Shown here: in pieces, positions 1 to 10,054 of the stretch
How positions within the stretch are numbered: position 1 is the first letter of the stretch
How the letters are laid out: each line of letters begins with the position of its first letter
Source: Blastocatellia bacterium
GTDB lineage: Bacteria; Acidobacteriota; Blastocatellia; Chloracidobacteriales; JADJPF01
Reading direction: 5' to 3'
Assembly: GCA_016713405.1 (NCBI GenBank)
Contig: JADJPF010000011.1
Location: forward strand, 114,989-178,988
DNA: 64,000 nt
Position numbers and translations under genes: made by a program
Notes under the pieces: generated by a model
The model's input: the letters and a program-made list of their open reading frames with translations, nothing else
Databases searched by the model: none
What the model was told of the DNA's origin: nothing

Positions 1-585
1 CCCAAATATTCCTAATTTATCTAGCCAAGCAGCAATAGGGTTTCGCTTATTATGTGTAAGTCGTTCTTTTGCAGATAAATAAACTTGATACCAAGTGCGC
101 TCTTTTTTGATACGAGGAGCAAGGCTATCTCCAAAAACTTGATTAGCTAAATTAACTACTATTTCTGCCAAAGAAAAATCTTTAGTTGTATATTGAATTG
201 AATGACGCGGCAGAGTACAGCCATCACCTATTAAGTGACCTAACAAAGCTAGTTCAGCATCAGTCATGCTTTTAATATTTGTTTCTGGAAGTTGTCTTGG
301 CAAAGCTATGCGACTGGTAGTATCTAGCTCATCAAGGCGTTTCCAACCATCTATTGTAAGAAACTTATGATTTGCAGTTGCTCTTATGGTACGCCCTAGT
401 TGGGTTGTTAGTTTATAAACAGCTTTTTTTCCTGTTGAAAATGAGTTAGTTACAATAGCTGGCTCAAGTTGCCAAGTTTTAGTATTTAAGCCTAAGACTT
501 GAAAATTGGTTTTGCCAACCAAATCCTTAATAGGAGAGTAATGACCAATGTCAGGCAAATAAACTAAGGCTTCTCCACTAAGACA
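1..585 (-). mobile_element. DnaB intein (partial): N-terminal Hint splicing domain plus the start of a LAGLIDADG homing-endonuclease domain.
   Basis: Directly after LADLRESG the frame reads CLSGEALVYLPDIGHYSPIKDL...TGKKAVYKLTTQLGRTIRATANHKFLTIDGWKRLDEL...LLGHLIGDGCTLPRH...NPIAAWLDKLGIFG. Cys1 is encoded at 585..583. The insertion site (RESG|C) and the ATANH-FLT-DGWKRLDEL block match my memory of the Synechocystis DnaB intein. LIGDG is a LAGLIDADG motif. Confidence 0.85.
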
Positions 586-1758
586 ACCAGATTCCCTAAG
601 ATCAGCTAGGTGGTGGCGATGCTCGGTTCTGGTTTCTGGAGCGCGGGAAAGTTGGCTAAGTGCTACTAAAGGAATATTTAGTTCTTTTGCTAAAGCTTTT
701 AAGTCGCGCGAGATTTGAGAAACTTCTTGTTGGCGATTTTCTATCTTTCCTCTGCCTCTAATTAGTTGTAAATAATCAACAATTAGCATATCTAAACCAT
801 GCTCTGCTTTTAGACGACGAGCCTTGGCACGCATTTCTAAAATTGAAATTCCAGCCGTGTCATCAATAAAAATTCTTGATTGTGAAATAGTTTGAAGACC
901 TGCACCTAAACGCGCCCACTCATCCCGATTAAGAAATCCTCCTCGCAAACGATGTGCATCAACTTGGGATTCAGAACAAAGTAAACGAGAAACTAAAGCT
1001 TCTTTAGTCATTTCTAACGAGAAAACGCCTACAATTTTATCTGTTGCAATAGAAGCATTTTGAGCAATGTTTAAGCCAAAGGCAGTTTTTCCCATACTAG
1101 GACGAGCAGCAATAATTACTAAGTCAGATGGTTGCAGACCATTAGTTAAGCGATCTAGTTCAGTAAAACCAGTAGGTATGCCAGACATTACTTCTTGGCG
1201 TTGAGACATTTTTTCTATTAGCTCTAAATGCTGTTGTGCTATTTCAGAAATGCTAACAAAGCCTGTACGAACTCGGTCTTCAGCAATTTGAAAAATAAGC
1301 TTTTCTGCCTCATCTAAAATCTCATAAGGATCATTTTCTTGATCCATACAGGTATGAATAATTTGATTAGAGGTTGTAATTAGGCGACGGAGTACGCTTT
1401 TTCCTTTAATGATCTTAGCGTAGCTATCAATATTACCCATACGGATAGCACCATCTAAAAGGCTTGCTAGATAGGCCACACCTCCTATTTGTTCTAGTTC
1501 AGCAGTTCGAGAAAGCTGTTCTTGAAGTGTAATTAAATCTATGGCCTGACTAACTTCTGAAAGATTTATCATTTTTTCAAAAATACGTCGGTGAGAGTCA
1601 AAAAAAAGATCATCTACTTTTAGAAGTTCTATTGCTTGATTACAAAGGCTATTATCTAGCAAAATTGCTCCTAATACCGCTCGTTCTGCTTCTAAATTAT
1701 GTGGCAGAGGACGTTCTAAGGTTAAATCTTTAGGAGAAGATTTAGGGTTTTTTGACAT
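1..1758 (-). CDS. dnaB: Replicative DNA helicase DnaB, 5' portion. The N-extein (586..1758) continues in frame into an intein that runs off the window edge.
   Basis: This gene is not in the ORF track. Reverse-strand translation from the ATG at 1758..1756 gives MSKNPKSSPKDLTLERPLPHNLEAERAVLGAILLDNS... It includes Walker A (IIAARPSMGKTAFGLN), LIVDYLQLI and ...LSQLSRAPE...LADLRESG. The open frame continues to position 1. Confidence 0.92.
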   Translation of the reverse strand, partial: MSKNPKSSPKDLTLERPLPHNLEAERAVLGAILLDNSLCNQAIELLKVDDLFFDSHRRIFEKMINLSEVSQAIDLITLQEQLSRTAELEQIGGVAYLASLLDGAIRMGNIDSYAKIIKGKSVLRRLITTSNQIIHTCMDQENDPYEILDEAEKLIFQIAEDRVRTGFVSISEIAQQHLELIEKMSQRQEVMSGIPTGFTELDRLTNGLQPSDLVIIAARPSMGKTAFGLNIAQNASIATDKIVGVFSLEMTKEALVSRLLCSESQVDAHRLRGGFLNRDEWARLGAGLQTISQSRIFIDDTAGISILEMRAKARRLKAEHGLDMLIVDYLQLIRGRGKIENRQQEVSQISRDLKALAKELNIPLVALSQLSRAPETRTEHRHHLADLRESGCLSGEALVYLPDIGHYSPIKDLVGKTNFQVLGLNTKTWQLEPAIVTNSFSTGKKAVYKLTTQLGRTIRATANHKFLTIDGWKRLDELDTTSRIALPRQLPETNIKSMTDAELALLGHLIGDGCTLPRHSIQYTTKDFSLAEIVVNLANQVFGDSLAPRIKKERTWYQVYLSAKERLTHNKRNPIAAWLDKLGIFG

Positions 1759-1890
1759 TTTTATAATCACTTTCAGAAGTTAAAAACGTCCAATATAATA
1801 ATTGAGGTGGTGAACTCTAGCAAATAGTTAAAGAATTTTTGACGTTTTGCAAAAAACTGGGAAGAAAATAAAATTTAAGGTAATAAAGTC

Positions 1891-1919
1891 TTGACATAAA
1901 CTGAGCTTAAGCATTAAAC
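1891..1919 (+). promoter_or_regulatory. Possible sigma70-type promoter for tRNA-Val.
   Basis: TTGACA lies at 1891-1896, followed after 17 nt by a weak -10 (TTAAAC, 1914-1919), about 40 nt upstream of the tRNA. Only the -35 element is convincing. Confidence 0.3.
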
Positions 1920-1957
1920 TCCCCACTTCACAAAAAAATAGTTTTAGTTAGTCCCTT

Positions 1958-2030
1958 GGGCGGTTGGCTCAGTTGGTAGAGCATTGGTTTTACACACCAA
2001 GGGTCACTGGTTCGAGTCCAGTACCGCCCA
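1958..2030 (+). tRNA. tRNA-Val (anticodon TAC).
   Basis: Manual cloverleaf over 73 nt: acceptor GGGCGGT/ACCGCCC, D-arm GCTC-AGTTGGTA-GAGC, anticodon arm TTGGT-TTTACAC-ACCAA, T-arm ACTGG-TTCGAGT-CCAGT, discriminator A. CCA is not encoded. Confidence 0.95.
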
Positions 2031-2049
2031 TTAAATTTTCTCTTAAAAA

Positions 2050-2075
2050 AGCAGCCTTTAGGGCTGCTTTTTTCG
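2050..2075 (+). terminator. Rho-independent terminator after tRNA-Val.
   Basis: Hairpin AGCAGCC-TTTA-GGGCTGCT is followed by TTTTTT. An A-run upstream makes it potentially bidirectional. Confidence 0.7.
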
Positions 2076-2119
2076 TCTAACCAACCAAACCTTCTCACAA
2101 AAAAACTTATGGGGAACTT

Positions 2120-3622
2120 ATGGGAATAGTCGATCTATATTCTTTTCGCGCCCGTATTGCGTTAGTCCTAATTCTTACTTTAGTAATTGCTACAGGGGTA
2201 TTATTTTTATTAAATCAATGGGCTGAACGAGCAATTGTTAAAAAAGTAGAAAAACAACGTGCTGAGTTTGCCTTAGCCATCAATGTTGCACAACGTTCTA
2301 TAACTAGCGATGAATATGTTAGGACATTTCTTAAACAAGAAAAAATGAAGGATGCTACAAGTTTTTATGTTAAGCGAATTTTGGTTGTAAGAGAAGATGG
2401 AGTAATTGTTGATAGCTCTAATGAAGATGATAGAGATAAACACTTTGATACTTTAGATTATGGTACATTTGAACAAGCAACAGATTTTGCTGTTTTAACT
2501 AATCAGAATTTACCTTATAAAGTTTATACTTTCCCAATTGAAACACAAGTTCCTGCTAGTTATGAGTTAGTAGATGAACCTTCCATACAAAAGACTTATA
2601 TAATCATTATTTTCTCAGATGATTTAAGTGGACAATTAAGAGATACTTCAACTATAAGGCTTTTAGGAACGGGGAGCGTTTTGACTTTATCCGTAGCAAT
2701 ATCTTTATTTTTAATTTTTGGTTTTATTAAACCTTTAGCAGATTTAGTCACGGCTGCACGTCGAGTTGCTGAAGGAGATTTTGATATCAACTTAACTGTT
2801 ACAAGGCAAGACGAGCTAGGACAATTAATGAAAGTCTTTAATGAAATGGTAAAGGGTTTACGAGAAAGACGAGAACTAGAAGCTAGGCTTCATCGTGCAG
2901 AACAATCTGCAATAGTTGGACGACTAGCATCAGGTATTGCACATGAAGTAAAAAACCCTCTGAACTATATTTCTTTAACTATAGATTATCTACGTAGCAA
3001 GTTTGCCCCATTGGATCAAGATGCTAGAGAACGCTACACAGAAAAAATGGATGGTATAAAGGATGAAATTAAACGTTTAGATAGACTAATACGCAATTTT
3101 CTAAGTTATGGCCGACCTCTAAACCTTAATCCTAAACCTATAGATTTACGAGAGTTAATAGGAGGAATTTTAGCCTTAACTACAGAACAAGCTGAGCAAC
3201 AAAATATAAAAATGCTGCTAGATGAAGAAACAAAAATTCCTATTATTGAAGCAGATGTGGAACGCTTAAAAAGTTGTTTTTCTAATTTAATTCTAAATGC
3301 TCAACAAGCAATGTCTAATGGTGGAAAGCTAGAAGTTAAATTTAACCCAACAAATATTGGGCTAGAAGTAATGATAATTGATACTGGTAGCGGTATTGAA
3401 ACACAAAACTTAGAAAAAATATTTGAGCCTTATTTTTCAACAAAAGAAACAGGTACAGGTTTAGGACTTGCCCTAGTAAAACGTATTATTGAGGGTCATG
3501 GGGGTAATTTAACGGTTAATAGTGTTGTTGATGAAGGTACTACTTTTCGTGTTTGGTTGCCACTTAAAGCAATGGAAAATGGCGAGGAAAAAATAGCATT
3601 AGAGGCTATGCCATCTATTTAA
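2120..3622 (+). CDS. Sensor histidine kinase (TM-HAMP-HisKA-HATPase_c).
   Basis: N-terminal TM helix. HAMP-like segment PLADLVTAARRVAEGDFD. H-box SGIAHEVKNPLNYI. N, G1 and G2 boxes (NLILNAQQAM, IDTGSGI, GTGLGLALV). Confidence 0.9.
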   Translation: MGIVDLYSFRARIALVLILTLVIATGVLFLLNQWAERAIVKKVEKQRAEFALAINVAQRSITSDEYVRTFLKQEKMKDATSFYVKRILVVREDGVIVDSSNEDDRDKHFDTLDYGTFEQATDFAVLTNQNLPYKVYTFPIETQVPASYELVDEPSIQKTYIIIIFSDDLSGQLRDTSTIRLLGTGSVLTLSVAISLFLIFGFIKPLADLVTAARRVAEGDFDINLTVTRQDELGQLMKVFNEMVKGLRERRELEARLHRAEQSAIVGRLASGIAHEVKNPLNYISLTIDYLRSKFAPLDQDARERYTEKMDGIKDEIKRLDRLIRNFLSYGRPLNLNPKPIDLRELIGGILALTTEQAEQQNIKMLLDEETKIPIIEADVERLKSCFSNLILNAQQAMSNGGKLEVKFNPTNIGLEVMIIDTGSGIETQNLEKIFEPYFSTKETGTGLGLALVKRIIEGHGGNLTVNSVVDEGTTFRVWLPLKAMENGEEKIALEAMPSI

Positions 3623-3663
3623 CAAATATTTAACAAAATTGTTATATTTTGCTAAACAATAAT

Positions 3664-4917
3664 CTAACGCTTTGGTTTTTCCCAAACTTTCTGAAAGTCT
3701 TCTATAGTTTCTTTTAGAGTTGAAAGCTCTGATAAAGCTTTTTGTATTTGTTCAAGAGTTTCTGCTAACTTTGTATATTGCATACCATTAGACTCTAGCC
3801 ATACAGATGCTTGTTCTACTTGGTCAGTTTTTAACATAAGTAATTGTTCACAATAAGTTAAGTATTCCATTAATGAATTACAGTCTTGTTTGATAATAGC
3901 GGAGTTTGGAAAAGCAAAAAGAGTTGAAACAGGTACTAGTGAAGGAACATGAGAGAAATCACTAAGGGTAGCAAATTTTTTGCTACTAGTGTTATTGCCT
4001 AGTAATTTAGTTCGTTTATGACTTTTTTCTATTTCTTCATCAGGATCAAAGACAGCTAAAGGTTTAAGTGCTGCTGTTAGGGATTCGTTAGAAAAGTCTT
4101 GATTAAGGACTTCTCCTTCAAAGTTAGCTAAAATTAGTGTGATATTGTCTTGTCCACCACGTTCTTTTGCTAGTTGGACTAATCGCCAACAAGCATTTTC
4201 TGGAGTAAGTGAGCTAGCAACAAAACAAATTTCATCAGCACGAACTAAATTAGATAATCCATCTGAACAAAGTAGCAAAGTATCTCGTCGTTTTAGTTGA
4301 AACATACTAACAGCTACTTTAATTGCTTCTTGACTTCCAATAGATTGTAAAACAACATTTTTGCGTGGATGTGTAGCGGCTTGTTCTGGCTTAATAACAC
4401 CTTTTGCTACTAGATGAGCTACAAATGACTGATCAGTAGTAACTTGTTTAATATTGTTATTTCGTATTAAATAAGCTCGACTATCACCTACTTCTGCTAT
4501 ATAAACTTGATTGCCTTCAATAAGTGCTGCTGTAACTGTGGCAGCCATTTTACTTAAAGTAGGATTGTTTTGACGTTCATTCCAAACTATATGATTTGCT
4601 TCCTCTATCGCTGCTACTAGACGATCATAAGCTGAAAGATAAGTAGGCAGTTTCATTAAAGCATCTTTAACAGCTAGAACTGTTAATTCGCTAGCAATCT
4701 CACCTCCATTAGTTCCACCTACCCCATCAGAAACAACTAATAATAAACAGTTTTCCGTAATCAAATGACTAATAGAGAAAGTATCTGGCAGAGTGCGTTT
4801 TAGTGTTAGGTCTGCCATAATAAAAGCATCTTCATTATTTTGTCTTACTAATCCAATATCTGTGCATCCTGCTATATTGGAAAATACTAAACGGTCATAA
4901 TCATTTTTGCTATACAC
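3664..4917 (-). CDS. PP2C-family Ser/Thr protein phosphatase with a C-terminal coiled-coil extension of about 150 aa.
   Basis: PPM motifs are present: RQNNEDAF, VVSDGVGG, EVGDSRAYL, LLCSDGL, GGQDNITLI. Confidence 0.88.
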   Translation of the reverse strand: MYSKNDYDRLVFSNIAGCTDIGLVRQNNEDAFIMADLTLKRTLPDTFSISHLITENCLLLVVSDGVGGTNGGEIASELTVLAVKDALMKLPTYLSAYDRLVAAIEEANHIVWNERQNNPTLSKMAATVTAALIEGNQVYIAEVGDSRAYLIRNNNIKQVTTDQSFVAHLVAKGVIKPEQAATHPRKNVVLQSIGSQEAIKVAVSMFQLKRRDTLLLCSDGLSNLVRADEICFVASSLTPENACWRLVQLAKERGGQDNITLILANFEGEVLNQDFSNESLTAALKPLAVFDPDEEIEKSHKRTKLLGNNTSSKKFATLSDFSHVPSLVPVSTLFAFPNSAIIKQDCNSLMEYLTYCEQLLMLKTDQVEQASVWLESNGMQYTKLAETLEQIQKALSELSTLKETIEDFQKVWEKPKR

Positions 4918-5364
4918 TAGATTTCTCCCTAAATTAGTGATGGATTAATAAGTTTAGAGTTTAGAGAGTTAACAACTTTTAATTGGGGTTTTGTTAATTC
5001 TATGTTCTAAAAAAGCTTAATTTTAAAAGAAATATTGTTAGAAATTTAAGGTAAATTTCTTTTAAATATTAAGGCACAATTTCCAATAAATTAATTATGT
5101 AAAGGTAAGTTATATAATATAAACATATAAATTTACTATATAAATTTAATAGATTGATAAAAATAAATTTATTTTGTATTAGCAGAGATTAATAAAAATA
5201 AATAAAAAATACTTAACTTCTCTTTCTAAATGGTAGTCTATAGCTTTTCATACCTTGACAGTTAGTTATCACAAGTTGTAAGTTAAAGGCACAAACTACA
5301 ATAAATCAATGTGTTATCAACTAAATTTATTAGCTAAATTTTGCTAAATGGAAAGGGAATTAGC

Positions 5365-6537
5365 ATGAGTGAAGTAGTAATTGTTAGTGCTGTTCGTACT
5401 GCTGTAGGAAGATTTCAAGGAAGTCTTAAAGGTTTTAAGGCTACAGAGTTAGGAGCAAAAGCCGTTCAAGCTGCTTATGAACGAGCGCAAATAGAAGCAG
5501 GTGAAGTAGAAGAAGTTATTATGGGTAATGTACTTAGTGCTGGACTTGGACAAAACCCTGCACGTCAAGCAGCACTTAACGCTAAAATACCTGCTGCTGT
5601 TTCAGCACTGACAATCAATAAAGTTTGTGGCTCAGGGCTAAAATCTGTCATGTTAGCCGCGCAAGCAATTCAATGTGGCGATGCAGAAATTGTGGTTGCC
5701 GGTGGAATGGAATCTATGACGAATGCTCCTTATTTACTTCCTAAATTAAGAGATGGCTACCGTTTAGGGCATGGTCAAGTTTTAGATTCTATGATTCAAG
5801 ATGGTCTTTGGTGTGCATTTGAAAATTGGCATATGGGCAATAGCGGAGAATGGGTAGCAAAAGAGTATAAAATTTCTCGTGAAGAACAAGATGAATATGC
5901 CTTAAATTCTCATAAAAAAGCCTTAGAAGCGCAAGCCGCAGGACATTTTGAAGCAGAAATCTTACCTATAGAAATTGCTCAAAAAAAGGGCGACCCCTTA
6001 GCATTTAAGACTGATGAATCTGTTCGCTCAGATGCTTCGCTAGAATCTTTAGCTAAGTTAAAACCAGCTTTTGACCCTCAAGGCACAGTTACAGCAGGCA
6101 ATGCCCCTGGAGTTAATGACGGTGGTGCAGCAGTGGTTGTAATGAGTAGTAAACGTGCTGGAAATCGTGAAGTGCTAGCGCGAATTGTTGGACAAGCTGT
6201 TGGGGGAACAGACCCTAAAAAAGTAATGATGGCACCTGTTATTGCTGTAGAAAAATTATTGAAAAAAATTGGTTGGCAAGCTTCAGACGTTGACCTTTTT
6301 GAAGTAAATGAAGCTTTTTCTGTCCAAGCTTTAGCTGTATGCCGAGAATTATCATTAGATGTTAATCGAGTAAATGTTAATGGTGGAGCCGTGGCTATAG
6401 GACATCCTATTGGAGCTAGCGGAACACGTTGTTTAATTACTTTACTTTATGAAATGAAACGCCGTAATGCTCGACGCGGAGTAGTTACACTTTGTTTAGG
6501 CGGCGGTAATGCTGTAGCAATGGCTGTGGAAAGATAA
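5365..6537 (+). CDS. Acetyl-CoA C-acetyltransferase (thiolase II).
   Basis: [21 protein letters not shown]; active-site block [11 protein letters not shown]; C-terminal [17 protein letters not shown]...CLGGGNAVA. The ATG at 5365 is preferred over the TTG at 5341. Confidence 0.93.
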   Translation: MSEVVIVSAVRTAVGRFQGSLKGFKATELGAKAVQAAYERAQIEAGEVEEVIMGNVLSAGLGQNPARQAALNAKIPAAVSALTINKVCGSGLKSVMLAAQAIQCGDAEIVVAGGMESMTNAPYLLPKLRDGYRLGHGQVLDSMIQDGLWCAFENWHMGNSGEWVAKEYKISREEQDEYALNSHKKALEAQAAGHFEAEILPIEIAQKKGDPLAFKTDESVRSDASLESLAKLKPAFDPQGTVTAGNAPGVNDGGAAVVVMSSKRAGNREVLARIVGQAVGGTDPKKVMMAPVIAVEKLLKKIGWQASDVDLFEVNEAFSVQALAVCRELSLDVNRVNVNGGAVAIGHPIGASGTRCLITLLYEMKRRNARRGVVTLCLGGGNAVAMAVER

Positions 6538-6580
6538 ATAAATTATTGTTTGTTATTAAAATTGTTTTTTGGTTTCTTGT

Positions 6581-7444
6581 ATGAGTGAAGAATTAGCAGA
6601 AATAAAAACAATTGGCGTTATTGGTGCCGGCACAATGGGAACAGGTATTGCTCAAGTGGCGGCACGCTCAGGATTTAAGGTAATTCTTCATGATGTGCGA
6701 GAAGAATTTGTTAGCCATGGCAAACAAACAATAAATAGTCACCTTAAGCTAGAAGTAGAAAAAGGTCGTTTAACGGATGAACTACAGAAACAAGCTATTA
6801 AACGTATTTCTACAAGTATAGACCTTAAAACACTTCTAGGTGTTGATTTAGTAATAGAAGCTATTAGTGAAAATTTAGCTAAAAAAATGGAAGTTTTTTA
6901 TAACCTAGACAGTATGTTAAAACCAGAAGTAATTTTAGCTACCAACACTTCTTCTATATCTATTACTAAACTTGCTAGTGCAACGGCTCGACCAGATAGA
7001 GTAATAGGAATGCACTTTATGAACCCTGTTCCTATAATGAAGCTAGTAGAGCTAATTCGCGGACTTTCTACTTCAGATGAAACTTTCCAGACTGTAAAAA
7101 AACTAGCAGAAAAATTTGGAAAAGTAGCAATCCTAGTCAATGATGCACCAGGTTTTGTTTCTAATCGGATTCTAATGCCAATGATTAATGAGGCGATTTT
7201 TACAGTTTATGAAGGTCTAGCAACGGCTGAGGCTGTAGATGAAGTTATTAAGCTAGGTATGCGTCACCCTATGGGGCCACTGCAACTAGCTGATTTTATT
7301 GGGCTAGATGTTTGTCTAGCTATTATGAATGTTCTTTATGAAGGTTTTAATGATCCAAAATATCGTCCTTGCCCTTTACTAAAAAAATATGTTGATGCTG
7401 GTTGGTTAGGTTGTAAGAGCGGACGAGGATTCTATCAATATTAA
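6581..7444 (+). CDS. hbd: 3-hydroxybutyryl-CoA dehydrogenase.
   Basis: Rossmann [15 protein letters not shown]; 3HCDH motifs [31 protein letters not shown]. Lies adjacent to the thiolase gene. Confidence 0.92.
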   Translation: MSEELAEIKTIGVIGAGTMGTGIAQVAARSGFKVILHDVREEFVSHGKQTINSHLKLEVEKGRLTDELQKQAIKRISTSIDLKTLLGVDLVIEAISENLAKKMEVFYNLDSMLKPEVILATNTSSISITKLASATARPDRVIGMHFMNPVPIMKLVELIRGLSTSDETFQTVKKLAEKFGKVAILVNDAPGFVSNRILMPMINEAIFTVYEGLATAEAVDEVIKLGMRHPMGPLQLADFIGLDVCLAIMNVLYEGFNDPKYRPCPLLKKYVDAGWLGCKSGRGFYQY

Positions 7445-7474
7445 CTAATAAAAATATAAATAAAGATAAGCCCT

Positions 7475-8680
7475 ATGATTTTTTGCCAAGCATGTAAAGC
7501 CCCAAATTCTGTAACACAAGAACTTTGTTCTAAATGTTATACAAGATTAATGATTACTGTTGTTCCTCGCGCAGCACTTGAAGAAATACTTCCTATTGGC
7601 GGAGTAGAAGAACATCTCTTAGAACGCATTAGTGCTTTAGAGTATTCTCTTAGCCGTATGCAGGAACGCTTTGACCGCCTTTTAGAGCTTTTTCAACGCC
7701 AAGCTACTAGTAGCCTTTATGACCATTCAATGATTGATGCGTTGATTTCGCTACTTTCTGAAGATGGGCTGATTAATAAAGAAAAGCTAGTTGCTATCTG
7801 GCAAATACGTTTGGCAGAAAAACATGAACAAAACAACCTAAGAGAAAAACTAGATGTACGCCGTCAAAAAATTTTAGGTGCAAGCAAATCAGTGGATGAA
7901 AAATTTAATTTTTTTGTCTCTGAAGGGTTACTTTTAATTACTAATGGCGAAGAAGATGCACGTCGAGGTGTACGTTTACTAGAAAAAGCAGTGTTGCTAA
8001 ATCCAGAAAATATTGAGCTAAATTTCTTTTTAGGGGAGTATTTTTTCTATAAAAATAAACTTACTCTTGCACAACATTATTTAGAAAATACAGTTGAACA
8101 TGACGCTAATCATTATTTAGCCTTGCTAATGTTAGGTATTAGTTATGGTGATGGCGGAGAGATAGAAAAAGCTAAGTCCAGGCTTGTCAGGGCTTTAAGT
8201 GTTAAGGCTGATTCCTTTTTAGCTCATTATAGTTTGGGCCGTATTTGGGCAAGTGAAGGCCAATTAGATGATGCTTTGCCGCATTTTAAGCATGCATTAA
8301 GGTTAGAACCAAATGCTGAAATGTATTTTGTTCTAGGGCATGTTTATATGATCAAAGGACAAGAAGAGTTGGCCCTAAAGCATTTATGTAAAGCTATTGA
8401 GCTAGATCCAGCTTTTGACGCAGCTTTATATAATTTAGGGACTATTTATTTAGAGCGCAATTTACTTGATAAAGCAAGAGAACATTTTCGCGCAGCTTAT
8501 GAAATTAAACCTATTGCCCGCTATCGCAATGCTTTAAAAGCGCGTGCAGGGATGCAGTTGCCGTTGCTGCCAATTTTTGGTCATGCAAAAGTAACAGCAA
8601 AAAAAGTTATTACAAGTAGCGATGAACGTTTAGCACAACTGCTACATCGGGTCTTAAAAAACCTTTCGTTGGAAAACTAG
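7475..8680 (+). CDS. Zinc-ribbon plus TPR-repeat protein.
   Basis: N-terminal CQAC...CSKC. The C-terminal half is TPR-like (AxxxxxxALxLxPxxxxA periodicity). Confidence 0.7.
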   Translation: MIFCQACKAPNSVTQELCSKCYTRLMITVVPRAALEEILPIGGVEEHLLERISALEYSLSRMQERFDRLLELFQRQATSSLYDHSMIDALISLLSEDGLINKEKLVAIWQIRLAEKHEQNNLREKLDVRRQKILGASKSVDEKFNFFVSEGLLLITNGEEDARRGVRLLEKAVLLNPENIELNFFLGEYFFYKNKLTLAQHYLENTVEHDANHYLALLMLGISYGDGGEIEKAKSRLVRALSVKADSFLAHYSLGRIWASEGQLDDALPHFKHALRLEPNAEMYFVLGHVYMIKGQEELALKHLCKAIELDPAFDAALYNLGTIYLERNLLDKAREHFRAAYEIKPIARYRNALKARAGMQLPLLPIFGHAKVTAKKVITSSDERLAQLLHRVLKNLSLEN

Positions 8681-8716
8681 AGAATTTTCAATTGTGGGGC
8701 AATAAAAATATCTTTT

Positions 8717-10054
8717 ATGACGCAAATTTTGATTAGAAATGGTCAAGTGATTTTTGGGGAAAATGCACAAATTCAAAATTTGGATTTGTTGATAGAAAAT
8801 GGTGTTATTGTTGATATAAAAAAAGATATTGATATTGCTGAGTTAAAAAACAAGTCTTCAGAATTAACCATCATTGATGCTACAGAAAAATTAGTTAGCC
8901 CTGGATTTATCCAAACTCATTTACATTTTTGTCAAACTCTTTTTCGTGGTTCTGCTGATGATTTAGAGCTACTCGACTGGCTACGCTTACGTGTTTGGCC
9001 GATGGAAGCAGCACATAATCCAGCCTCACTTGCAGCTTCGGCCCGCCTATCAGTAGGAGAATTAATTAAATCTGGCACAACTTCAGCTTTGACTATGGAA
9101 ACTGTTCATCATACAGAAACGGTTTTAGAAACTGTTGAAAAAACAGGGTTTAGAGCCATTATTGGTAAATGTATGATGGATAAAGGGTTAGGCGTTCCTA
9201 GTAGATTAGCAGAAAATACAAAAGATTCTCTAAAAGCTTCTTTAGATTTAATCGAGTCCTGGCATAGCCCTAGCGGACGGGTACGCTATTGTTTTGCACC
9301 TCGTTTTGCTGTTTCTTGCACTCAAGAACTGCTTGAAACAGTTGCTAGTATTGCTAAAGAAAAGGAAATGATAGTTCATACTCATGCTTCAGAGAATCGC
9401 CGAGAAATTGAAGTAGTAGAAAGCGAAACAGGACTTCGTAACATAGAATATTTGCAAAAAGTTGGTCTAGCAGGTAAAAATGTTGCTCTAGCTCATTGCA
9501 TCCACGTAAATGACCGCGAGCAACAAATCTTAGCAGAAACTAACACGCATGTTTTACATTGTCCTTCATCAAACTTAAAACTAGGCTCAGGCGTTGCACC
9601 TATAACAGATATGCTAGCTAAAGGTGTTTCTGTTTCTATTGGCGCAGATGGCGCACCTTGTAATAATAATATAGATATTTTTAAGGAAATGCGCCTAGCA
9701 GCACTACTACAAAAAATGCAGTATGGTTCTACTGCCCTGCCTGCAAGAACCGCTTTTTATTTGGCTACATTAGCTGGTGCCAAAGCCCTAGGCTTAGAAA
9801 AAGAAATAGGCTCAATTGAAATTGGTAAACGTGCTGACATCATTATTGTTAACCTAAATAAGTTACATTGTACCCCTACACCAGACCTACTTTCTACGTT
9901 AGTATACTCAGCTAATGCTAGTGATGTGGAGACAGTTTTAATTGATGGTCAAATTGTAATGAAAGACCAGCAACTACAAATAATGGATGAAAAAGAAGTT
10001 ATTGCCACAGCCCACCAAGAATATAAGCATTTAGTAAAACGTGCAGGTATTTAG
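8717..10054 (+). CDS. Amidohydrolase-family deaminase (MtaD/SsnA/chlorohydrolase-like).
   Basis: Metal-binding HxH (IQTHLHFCQ), HTHASE, HCIH and GADGAP motifs typical of the subtype-III amidohydrolase deaminases. Confidence 0.8.
   Translation: MTQILIRNGQVIFGENAQIQNLDLLIENGVIVDIKKDIDIAELKNKSSELTIIDATEKLVSPGFIQTHLHFCQTLFRGSADDLELLDWLRLRVWPMEAAHNPASLAASARLSVGELIKSGTTSALTMETVHHTETVLETVEKTGFRAIIGKCMMDKGLGVPSRLAENTKDSLKASLDLIESWHSPSGRVRYCFAPRFAVSCTQELLETVASIAKEKEMIVHTHASENRREIEVVESETGLRNIEYLQKVGLAGKNVALAHCIHVNDREQQILAETNTHVLHCPSSNLKLGSGVAPITDMLAKGVSVSIGADGAPCNNNIDIFKEMRLAALLQKMQYGSTALPARTAFYLATLAGAKALGLEKEIGSIEIGKRADIIIVNLNKLHCTPTPDLLSTLVYSANASDVETVLIDGQIVMKDQQLQIMDEKEVIATAHQEYKHLVKRAGI

Noticed and set aside
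2596-2790. Short antisense or overlapping ORFs in the ORF track: 2596-2790, 6898-7140, 13659-13871, 13934-14176, 15922-16116, 16239-16721, 21066-21266, 21235-21495, 22497-22694, 24745-24930, 25203-25394, 25942-26124, 26660-26911, 29249-29533, 29624-29845, 30302-30733, 32377-32598, 35920-36177, 38382-38582, 39595-40104, 41215-41415, 43011-43205, 43315-43605, 45367-45558, 47332-47541, 48157-48408, 56947-57147, 59750-60025, 60062-60256, 60897-61100, 61628-61825, 62201-62428.
   Set aside because: Each lies inside, and mostly antisense to, a longer ORF with clear domain content. Their translations are low-complexity with no motifs. These are typical shadow ORFs.
5255-5284. A sigma70-like promoter upstream of the thiolase gene (TTGACA at 5255-5260).
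   Set aside because: The -35 is perfect, but the best -10 candidates (GTAAGT and TAAGTT) match only 3 of 6 positions. In such AT-rich DNA this is not distinguishable from chance.
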